46,434 nt of DNA, taken from Kiritimatiellia bacterium. Its GTDB lineage: Bacteria > Verrucomicrobiota > Kiritimatiellia > RFP12 > UBA1067. Positions 1 to 6,975 of this stretch are shown here, in pieces. The position numbers and the translations under genes are program-made. Position 1 is the stretch's first letter; each line of letters starts with the position of its first letter. Under the pieces are notes generated by a model that saw nothing but the letters and a program-made list of their open reading frames with translations, ran no database searches and was not told the DNA's origin. The stretch spans positions 1 to 46,434 of the forward strand of contig JBJEWG010000150.1 in assembly GCA_051884935.1 (NCBI GenBank), in the 5' to 3' direction.

Positions 1-271
1 GACGGGGGAGATCGGAGATGCGGGGGACGGACTCGGAGGGGGCGGGGGGAGATGATTCGGCCTGCAGCTGTTCCAGCGCCTCCTGCCGCGACCGCTCGAA
101 CGCGGCGTCCCCCGAGGCGCCGAGGGAGATGCGCCCGGCGGCATCCGTCGGGATTCTGCCGCGAATCGGAACCTTGAGATTCACGTCGATTCGCCGCCCG
201 TCCCGGTTGAGACGGGCATACCAGGTTGGACGATGCGCACCGTCCTTGGTCGTGATGATTCGAAGCCCCAT
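1..271 (-). CDS. Partial tyrosine recombinase/integrase, N-terminal region; ORF runs off the left window edge
   Basis: The - strand is open from ATG 271-269 to position 1: MGLRIITTKDGAHRPTWYARLNRDGRRIDVNLKVPIRG...GDAAFERSRQEALEQL. This pattern resembles integrase arm-binding N-termini as I recall them. It is absent from the ORF track because it is truncated. Confidence 0.4.
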   Translation of the reverse strand, partial: MGLRIITTKDGAHRPTWYARLNRDGRRIDVNLKVPIRGRIPTDAAGRISLGASGDAAFERSRQEALEQLQAESSPPAPSESVPRISDLPR

Positions 272-475
272 CTGTCGTAAACCAAGCCTTGTGAACTGAA
301 GTGCGGCGAGTATAACATACGCCGCGCGGGCGAGGCAAGGTCCAATGTGGACGAATTGGGTACAAGAGCGGAATGACATTGACAATGGCCTTGAATATCG
401 CTTAAATCGTGGGTTCGGATTGTTCTGATATGCAGTCAACGTCAAGGGTTTGAATCTAGCAACTTTCGCCATGAT

Positions 476-504
476 TTGCAGTATTTCGGTCAAAGTGGTA
501 TACT
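476..504 (+). promoter_or_regulatory. Sigma70-like promoter candidate for the 563 gene
   Basis: TTGCAG (476-481), a 17-nt spacer, then TATACT (499-504), in a low-GC intergenic region about 60 nt upstream of the ATG at 563. Confidence 0.35.
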
Positions 505-562
505 AGGCCGTGTTTTCCCTCGCGAGGAGAATGTGAGGGAGTTGACCGCAATGCGAGAGTGA

Positions 563-2662
563 ATGATGACGGCACGCACAACCGAAAAACTGTATCTGGG
601 CATCGACATTGGCTCGACGACCTTCAAGGCCGTCGTGCTCTCTCAGCGCGGGGAGGTGCTGTGCACCACCTACCAGCGCACGCAGCCGGTCGATTCCGGG
701 CGGCTGGCCTGCACGGGGCGGTGCAGCGGGTGCGGGAACTGCAGCATGGGCGCGGTGCGGAAGACGACGGAGGACTTCCTCAAGACGGCTGAGCTGGCGT
801 TCTCGGACATGGCCGCCATCGTCGTGACCGGCAGCCAGATCGTAGACGACACGAACCGCTTCATCCCCTTCGACTTCCAGGTGAGCGAGGTCTCGGCGCA
901 CGTCGCCGGCGCGAAGTTCTTCTATCCGGACGTGGACGCGATCATCGACTGCGGCGGGCAGGACTCGAAGTGCATGGTCTACAACCCCGAGATGGGGCTC
1001 TGGACGTCGATGATGTCCGGCGTGTGCGCGGCGGGCACGGGGAGCTACCTCGACAGCGTGGCGGCGAAGCTGGGGGTGCCGGTGGAGGAGATCGCGGGCA
1101 AGGTCAACTACGAATCCTCCACCGAGTTCAGTTCCGTCTGCGCCGTGCTCTCCGCGACGTCGATCAACAAGTTCAAGAACCGCATTCCGATCGGCGACCT
1201 GCTGGCGGGGGCGTGCCGCGCGCAGGCGCGCACGATCCTGAACAGCGTGGGGCAGCTGCTGCTGCACCGCCCCGGGCGGCGGATTCTCTTCCAGGGCGGC
1301 GTCGCCTCCAACGGCGCGGTGGCCCACTACCTGCGCGAGCTCACGGGCAGCGAGATCGTGATCCCCGAATACCATCAGGTGATGGGGGCGCTCGGCGCGG
1401 CGGTGCTGGCGCGGCAGTATGCGGAGCTGGCGGGGAAGACCCGGCGCGAGAAGATCCAGTACGAGCCCTCCCGCGGCAAGTCCGTGCGGCTGCGCGTCAA
1501 GTCCACGAAGCGCGACTTCTTCTCGACGGACAAGTCCAAGCCGCTCGTCTGGCGCAACCTCTTCTTCCCGACGGAGATCCTCAACGCGATGGATTGCCGC
1601 ATCCGCACGCTTGAGACCTATGCGGCGCTCTTCGGGCGCAAGGCCGACAAGGTGAAGGAGGCGCTCGGGCGGGCCGCCCAGAAAGGTTTCGACGGCCAGA
1701 CCTGCTCGTTCCTCCGGATGCTGGAGGGGATGCCGCTTGAGAAGCCGGACTACGTGGTCTCCACGATGCAGCCCTGCCAGCAGGCCGAGCGGGTCTTCGC
1801 GGACCTCGTGCGCGAATGCGAAATTCCCGACCGCCTCTACTCGCTGCAGACTCCCATCAACGGGCACAGCCGCAACGCCGTGGAGATGATGGCGGACGGC
1901 CTGGCGGAGTCCGTCTCGCTCATGGAGAAGGCCTTCGGGCGCAAGCTCGACCCCGCCCGCCTCGAAGAGGCCTGCGTGCTCTCGAACGAGGCCGCCGCGT
2001 TCGCGAAGAAGTGCGCCCATCTGCGCTTCACGTCGCCGCCGCTCGTGCGCGGCAGCGAGGCGATCTACAACGCCGTCGTCTTCTCGCAGCTCTGGGGCAC
2101 GCAGGACCTCGTGGACATCCAGAAGGCCTACTACGAGGAACTGCTCGCGAAGAAGGCGTGGGCCGAGGAGCGCTACTCGATCGACGACACGCACCGCCTG
2201 CTGTGGCTGCACCTGCCGCCGTTCTACGACTCGAAGCACCTGGACTTCATCGAGAAGACCTGCAACGCGCCGATCGTCTTCGAGGAGACGAACTTCGTCG
2301 CCTGGGAGCCGCTGGACCCGAAAGACCCCTACCGCTCGCTCGCGAAGAAGCTGCTCCAGTCCGGCTTCCTCGATCCGGCGCTGCGCGTGGACTACGTGAG
2401 GCGGGCCATCCCCGCGGGCAGGTTCAACGGCGTGATTCTCTACACGCACGGGTTCGGGCGCTGTTCCCTCGCGGACCGCGCGTTCTCGAAGCAGCTGCGC
2501 GAGACGCTGGACTCGGTTGGGGTGCCACTGCTCACTCTCGAAGGCGACTGCATGGACGCCTCCATCGACCCCTGCTCGACCGTGACGAAGATCGCCTCCT
2601 TCGTGGAGGCGCTGAACCTGAAGCGCTGCGGGAACATCTTCGGCCTGAGCGAAAAGGCCTGA
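563..2662 (+). CDS. Fused BadF/BadG/BcrA/BcrD-type ATPase (activase) plus 2-hydroxyacyl-CoA dehydratase-like (HgdB/D-component-like) domain protein
   Basis: 699-aa ORF. N-terminus has the ASKHA phosphate-1 motif LGIDIGSTTFKAVV. The C-terminal half (about 400 aa) is dehydratase-component-like. High GC3 throughout. Confidence 0.8.
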   Translation: MMTARTTEKLYLGIDIGSTTFKAVVLSQRGEVLCTTYQRTQPVDSGRLACTGRCSGCGNCSMGAVRKTTEDFLKTAELAFSDMAAIVVTGSQIVDDTNRFIPFDFQVSEVSAHVAGAKFFYPDVDAIIDCGGQDSKCMVYNPEMGLWTSMMSGVCAAGTGSYLDSVAAKLGVPVEEIAGKVNYESSTEFSSVCAVLSATSINKFKNRIPIGDLLAGACRAQARTILNSVGQLLLHRPGRRILFQGGVASNGAVAHYLRELTGSEIVIPEYHQVMGALGAAVLARQYAELAGKTRREKIQYEPSRGKSVRLRVKSTKRDFFSTDKSKPLVWRNLFFPTEILNAMDCRIRTLETYAALFGRKADKVKEALGRAAQKGFDGQTCSFLRMLEGMPLEKPDYVVSTMQPCQQAERVFADLVRECEIPDRLYSLQTPINGHSRNAVEMMADGLAESVSLMEKAFGRKLDPARLEEACVLSNEAAAFAKKCAHLRFTSPPLVRGSEAIYNAVVFSQLWGTQDLVDIQKAYYEELLAKKAWAEERYSIDDTHRLLWLHLPPFYDSKHLDFIEKTCNAPIVFEETNFVAWEPLDPKDPYRSLAKKLLQSGFLDPALRVDYVRRAIPAGRFNGVILYTHGFGRCSLADRAFSKQLRETLDSVGVPLLTLEGDCMDASIDPCSTVTKIASFVEALNLKRCGNIFGLSEKA

Positions 2663-2696
2663 TGCGCGGCCGCCTCGAACCCGAAGGGAGACCGAG

Positions 2697-3173
2697 ATGA
2701 GAAGACGGATCCATGCGCTTCTGCTGGCGGCGGCCTGCATGGCCGCGTGCGCGCAGTCCCCGGCGCACGAGGCGCTTCAGCGGGAGATCGACGCACTCAG
2801 GAAGAAGCCCGCCGTCTGCGAGCTGCCGCCCTATCTCCCGGCGGAGGCGGACTTCGACGCCGTCTGCCGGAAGGCGGGTGCGGAGAAGAAGCGGGTGTTC
2901 GTCTCCATCGGCCGCGAGGCCTGCGGACGCTGCCAGCGGTTCTACGAGCTGGTGCGGCGGGGGGCGGTGCGGATCGACACGAACGCATTCACATTCGTGC
3001 GCCTGAACATCGACGACCACGCGCAGCGCGAGTATTTTCTCGGGACGTTCGAGCCGACGGACAACCGGCTGCCGTTCGTGGGCGTGACGGATGGCGAACG
3101 GTCCGAGATTCGCCCCTGCCTCACGGGGGCGCCGTCCGCGGCGGAGTACCAGAAGCTGCTTGAAGCGAAGTGA
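2697..3173 (+). CDS. Thioredoxin-fold lipoprotein (CxxC = CGRC)
   Basis: Signal peptide with a lipobox-like LLAAACMAAC, and a KRVFVSIGREACGRCQRF motif typical of thioredoxin_7-like proteins. Confidence 0.7.
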   Translation: MRRRIHALLLAAACMAACAQSPAHEALQREIDALRKKPAVCELPPYLPAEADFDAVCRKAGAEKKRVFVSIGREACGRCQRFYELVRRGAVRIDTNAFTFVRLNIDDHAQREYFLGTFEPTDNRLPFVGVTDGERSEIRPCLTGAPSAAEYQKLLEAK

Positions 3174-3180
3174 CGGGGCC

Positions 3181-3936
3181 GTGGGCGCGTCCGATCCCAT
3201 CGGCTTCTTCGACAGCGGCGTCGGCGGGCTCTGCATCCGCGACGCCGTTCGCGCGCTTCTGCCCCGCGAGGACACCGTCTACATCGCCGACTCGGCGAAC
3301 TGCCCCTACGGGAACAAGCCCGCCGAGGAGATTCGCGCGCTGGCGCGGGGCCACGTGCGGTTTCTGCTGGCGCGGCACTGCAAGATGGTGGTCGTGGCGT
3401 GCAACACGGCGACGGCGGCGGCCATCGACGCGCTACGGGCGGAGTGGCCCGAGATCCCGTTCGTGGGCATGGAGCCGGCGGTGAAGCCGGCGGCGCTGCG
3501 CTCGCGGACGGGCGTGGTGGGCGTGTTGGCGACGCAGGGGACGTTCAACGGGCGCCTGTATCAAGAGACGCGCGCGCGGTGCGCGAAGCGGACGACGGTG
3601 CTGACCGTGGTGGCCGACGAGTTCGTCACCCTCGTGGAGCGGGGCGAGCTGGAGGGGGCGCGCGCCGAGGCGATTGTCCGCGCGAAGGTCGAGCCGCTTC
3701 TGGCGGCGGGGGCCGATCATCTCGTGTTGGGGTGCACGCACTTTCCGCATCTGGGGCCCCTCATCGCGCGTGTGGCGGCAGGGCGCGCGGCCCTCGTCGA
3801 ACCGTCTGCGGCCGTGGCGCGGCAGGTGCGTCGGCTGCTGGCGGCCCGCGGCGCCCTGAACGAAGCCGGCGGCGCGTCCCACGAATTCATTCGCACGGGG
3901 CGGCCACAGCCCTCTGGAGTTTTGGTATACTCCTAG
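3181..3936 (+). CDS. murI: Glutamate racemase
   Basis: Motifs FFDSGVGG, VVACNTATA and LGCTHFP. I chose the in-frame GTG at 3181, just after the upstream stop; the track ORF starts at 3091. Confidence 0.9.
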   Translation: MGASDPIGFFDSGVGGLCIRDAVRALLPREDTVYIADSANCPYGNKPAEEIRALARGHVRFLLARHCKMVVVACNTATAAAIDALRAEWPEIPFVGMEPAVKPAALRSRTGVVGVLATQGTFNGRLYQETRARCAKRTTVLTVVADEFVTLVERGELEGARAEAIVRAKVEPLLAAGADHLVLGCTHFPHLGPLIARVAAGRAALVEPSAAVARQVRRLLAARGALNEAGGASHEFIRTGRPQPSGVLVYS

Positions 3937-3986
3937 AACCGTTTAGGGGTTTCTTCAAGGTTTATCAACACAGAAAGGAAGATACA

Positions 3987-5591
3987 ATGCAGTTCAACCT
4001 CAGCAGAAGAGGGTTCCTCGGTGCCTCCGCCGGCTTCGCGCTGGCCGGTGGGTACACTTCGTATGGCGCCATCGCGCACAAGCCCGGCCAGAAAGTCAAG
4101 CTCGCCGCCGTGGGCGTGATGGGCAAGGGCTTCAGCGACTGGATGCCGATGGTGCAGAGCGGTTATGCCGAGATGGTCGCGTTCTGCGATGCGGACGCCA
4201 ACGCCATCAACGCCGCCGCCGGCGCGATTGCCGACCAGAAGAAAAAGGGCAAGCTTCCGGCCGACTACATGGACCCCAAGAAGGTGCCGTTCTACACGGA
4301 CTACCGCAAGCTGCTCGACGACTGCGCGAAGCTCGGCGTCGAGGCGATGACCATCTCCACGCCGGACCACGTGCACGCCCCCGTCGCCATCCAGGCGATG
4401 AAGATGGGCATCCACGTCTACGTGCAGAAGCCGCTCGTGCGGACGCTCTGGGAGCTCGACTACTTCAACCGCACGGCGAAGGAGAACGGCGTCATCACCC
4501 AGATGGGCAACCAGGGCTCGTCCCTCGACTCGATGCGCCGCTGCACGGAGGTGCTCCAGAGCGGCATCCTCGGCGAAGTGAAGGAAGTTCACGTGTGGAC
4601 GAACCGCCCCGTGTGGCCGCAGGGCAAGGCCGTGGCCGACTGGGTGAAGGGCCACCCGCAGGGCGACCCCGTCCGCAAGGGTCTCAACTGGGACGCCTGG
4701 CTCGCGACGGCGGCCGAGCGTCCGTTCCTCGACCAGTACCCCAAGGACGCGCCCGTGTACGACCCCTGGGGAATCGGCAAGAACGTGTACCACGCCTTCA
4801 CGTGGCGCGGCTTCTACGACTTCGGCGCCGGCGCCTTCGGCGACATGGCGTGCCACACGATGAACCTGCCCTTCCGCGGCCTTGAGCTTGGCGGCGTGAA
4901 ATCGGCGGAGTGCATCCAGATCGAGGAGCTGAACGACGTCGCCTATCCGATGAAGTCGATCGTCAAGCTCGTCTACAAGGAGCGCACCGGCCGCTTCGGC
5001 GGCAACGTCGGCAAGACGCTGCCCGAGGTCACGCTCTTCTGGTATGACGGCGGCAACTTCGAGAAGCCCGGCAAGAGCGGCAACAAGCCGAAGGCCGACC
5101 TCATGCCCAAGGTCGTCAAGACCTTCGGCGAGGTGCCGGATACCGGCTGCTACATCATCGGCAGCAAGGGCGCGGTGCTCATGCAGGACGACTACGGCGC
5201 CAAGTGCGCGATCGCACTGAACGACGAGGAGAAGTTCGTCGATGTGTTCCAGCACGAGGGCGCGAAGGCCGTCGCGCGTTCGATTCCGTTCCGCACGGAG
5301 GCGAGTGCCGTCCTCGGCAAGTCCTCGGTTCAGATGTCCGGCTTCGGCCAGGGCCAGTACATCGAGTTCATGCAGGCCATCAACGGCGAGGGCACGGTCT
5401 ACAAGCAGACGAACTCCCGCTGCTTCTCCGACATCGAGTACTCCATCCCGCAGATGGAGGGCATCCTCGTCGGCTGCGTCGCCCAGCGCGTCCCGGGCAA
5501 GCTCAACTGGTGCTCGAAGAAGCAGGCGTTCGACAGCCAGGCCGCGAACGCATTCGTCCGTCCCTTCATCCGCAAGGGCTTCGAGTTCTAA
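3987..5591 (+). CDS. Gfo/Idh/MocA-family oxidoreductase with twin-arginine signal
   Basis: ATG at 3987 preceded by GAAAGGAAG. N-terminus MQFNLSRRGFLGASAG is a TAT motif. Rossmann segment VKLAAVGVMGKG. The longer track ORF from 3399 is an upstream run-on. Confidence 0.9.
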   Translation: MQFNLSRRGFLGASAGFALAGGYTSYGAIAHKPGQKVKLAAVGVMGKGFSDWMPMVQSGYAEMVAFCDADANAINAAAGAIADQKKKGKLPADYMDPKKVPFYTDYRKLLDDCAKLGVEAMTISTPDHVHAPVAIQAMKMGIHVYVQKPLVRTLWELDYFNRTAKENGVITQMGNQGSSLDSMRRCTEVLQSGILGEVKEVHVWTNRPVWPQGKAVADWVKGHPQGDPVRKGLNWDAWLATAAERPFLDQYPKDAPVYDPWGIGKNVYHAFTWRGFYDFGAGAFGDMACHTMNLPFRGLELGGVKSAECIQIEELNDVAYPMKSIVKLVYKERTGRFGGNVGKTLPEVTLFWYDGGNFEKPGKSGNKPKADLMPKVVKTFGEVPDTGCYIIGSKGAVLMQDDYGAKCAIALNDEEKFVDVFQHEGAKAVARSIPFRTEASAVLGKSSVQMSGFGQGQYIEFMQAINGEGTVYKQTNSRCFSDIEYSIPQMEGILVGCVAQRVPGKLNWCSKKQAFDSQAANAFVRPFIRKGFEF

Positions 5592-5612
5592 TCCATCCTT
5601 CAACGGATGCGC

Positions 5613-5657
5613 AAACGGGGCCACGGCGATTCGCCGTGGCCCCGTTTCCTTTACACT
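5613..5657 (+). terminator. Rho-independent terminator of the oxidoreductase gene
   Basis: Perfect 17-bp palindromic arms, aaacggggccacggcga (5613-5629) and tcgccgtggccccgttt (5631-5647), followed by a T-rich cctttacact. Confidence 0.7.
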
Positions 5658-5926
5658 CACCTTCCCGTCGCCCATATGACACCCGTCAATGATGGACAAC
5701 GTTTCACGCCGAATCCCCCCGCCTGCCCCAACCTTCCGCGCCGCAGTTGTGCAGATTTACACAGTGACGGCATCCGTCGTGCCACGCAAATGAAGGGTAG
5801 ACGTGAGCGGCGGCTCGGGCGGAATCTCATCAAAGGCCTCCGGCCACACGGCCACACGAGCGGGTACGAACCGAGAGGTGGCCCACCTCTCGCCGACATC
5901 CTATCATACCAGAGGCGACAGGCGAT

Positions 5927-6146
5927 GCAATCTCCTAGGCGATTCTGAATTCCACTGGGCAGTGGAATCTAGTCTACTGCCGAGTAGAATAAATTCTACT
6001 GCCCAGTAGAATCCCATCCAGTGCCCAGTAAAACTCGTAACCGCTTAGGCACCCCCGCACAGCCTCCTAGGCGAAAGTACACTCCCACCTAGCCCACCCC
6101 ACGCCCCCACCTAGACCAATCCGCGCACCCACCTAGACGAAGCCCC
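5927..6146. repeat. Ten tandem 22-bp units in strict phase (4 palindromic units plus 6 CTAG-type units)
   Basis: Palindromes ATTCYACTG-NN-CAGTRGAAT start at 5949, 5971, 5993 and 6015. CTAG occurs at 5935, 6067, 6089, 6111 and 6133, with TTAG at 6045, always at unit offset 9-12. Confidence 0.85.
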
Positions 6147-6413
6147 ATCCCGCCCCTGTAAACCGGTCTTGTACCACTTACCTATAATGAGGTATATGGC
6201 TAACAGAAGTATCGGCAGAATCCTTCCCTTGAGGATGTTCTGGACCAACCCTCCGAGCAATCCTCCAACAGTCCCAATGCTCGAACCGAATTTCTTCAGC
6301 TCTTTTCCCGCGTCGTTGACCTGCGCCGTCAACTGTTTCGCCTACTGAGTGACATCGGAGAAACCGCTTCCCTGCGCGGCGCTCTTGAGCAGAATGTTTA
6401 CAATCCCGTTCAT
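6111..6413 (-). pseudogene. Truncated copy of the N-terminus of the tape-measure-like membrane protein encoded at 27636; carries an in-frame TAG
   Basis: MNGIVNILLKSAAQGSGF is identical to the 27636 gene. TAG at 6342-6344 replaces the CAG (Q) of the other copy. The frame continues AKQLTAQVNDAGKELKKF...ILPILLLAIYLIIGKW and then reads into the 22-bp repeat tract. Confidence 0.6.
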
Positions 6414-6452
6414 ACTGCGGATGCCTTCGATAGATGATAGAATCCGAACGCA

Positions 6453-6671
6453 ATGGCGAGAAGCGGCGTAAAGATCAGATGGATGCAGGTCCCGGGCGAG
6501 AGGACTCCGGCCAGGAAGAAGGCCAAAACGGAACCCGAGTGGACGGCGCACGACACCTGGGAAGCGATTTCCGGGCTTCTCGTGCTTGCGTTAATGATTG
6601 CACCGATCGTCCTTCTGTTCTGGTTCTGGCTAACGCACGCAGACCCGAATCGTCCACTACGCTTCCCCTAG
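6453..6671 (+). CDS. Small single-pass membrane protein (module copy 1)
   Basis: 72-aa ORF with one hydrophobic helix, ISGLLVLALMIAPIVLLFWFWL. Same position and orientation as the 27664 ORF in module copy 2. Confidence 0.3.
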   Translation: MARSGVKIRWMQVPGERTPARKKAKTEPEWTAHDTWEAISGLLVLALMIAPIVLLFWFWLTHADPNRPLRFP

Positions 6672-6702
6672 AGCATTCGTGTTGAATCTGTGAGGTAGCC
6701 CG

Positions 6703-6909
6703 TCACGTCGTGGCATCCTTCCCGCGCAAATGCCATCGGACAACCTCATCCGACACCGCGAGATATCGACGAACCGAACATTCACAGCATCTCCGATGCT
6801 GTTTCAGCGCACATCCAGAGCGCCATTGATTCAGGAAGTAAGGAGAATAACCGCTCGTTCTCGTCCCTGAGTTCTCGTACCGCCATGCAAACACATCCTC
6901 CCGCCCCAT
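6703..6909 (-). CDS. Small hypothetical protein (module copy 1), possibly degraded
   Basis: C-terminus EVVRWHLRGKDATT parallels EIVRRLKKEQETAT of the 27857-28138 ORF. Both stop codons lie within a shared 16-nt identity. Confidence 0.25.
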   Translation of the reverse strand: MGREDVFAWRYENSGTRTSGYSPYFLNQWRSGCALKQHRRCCECSVRRYLAVSDEVVRWHLRGKDATT

Positions 6910-6975
6910 AAAAAGAGACCGAAGAGTCCAATCTTCTCAAGGTTGCTTGACGTGTGGTTAATCATTCTATCCCCG

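Noticed and set aside
350-460. Apparent GAAT periodicity (354, 372, 394, 452) resembling the RGAAT submotif of the 22-bp tracts.
   Set aside because: The spacing is irregular (18, 22 and 58 nt) and no extended repeat unit is shared, so this is probably chance in AT-richer DNA.
503-2740. Very long ORFs antisense or out of frame to real genes, for example 503-2740(-), 3933-5699(-), 9306-10955(-), 16753-18345(-), 18564-20609(-), 28320-29474(+), 31320-33743(+), 36090-38087(+), 44323-46113(-).
   Set aside because: Their composition is Arg/Gly/Pro/Ala-rich and low in complexity. They overlap ORFs with recognisable motifs and much better codon structure. These are typical shadow frames of high-GC DNA, in which third codon positions coincide.
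5790-5935. Possible tRNA or tmRNA-like integration target: GGGTACGAACC resembles a reversed T-loop, and there is a hairpin GAGAGGTG-GCC-CACCTCTC at 5872-5890.
   Set aside because: I could not fold a T-arm, acceptor stem or anticodon arm on either strand. Only an isolated hairpin is supported.
5927-6146. CRISPR array as an explanation for the 22-bp periodic tracts (also 40833-40986).
   Set aside because: The units are contiguous with no unique spacers of CRISPR length. The repeats are too short and belong to two families, and no cas genes are present.
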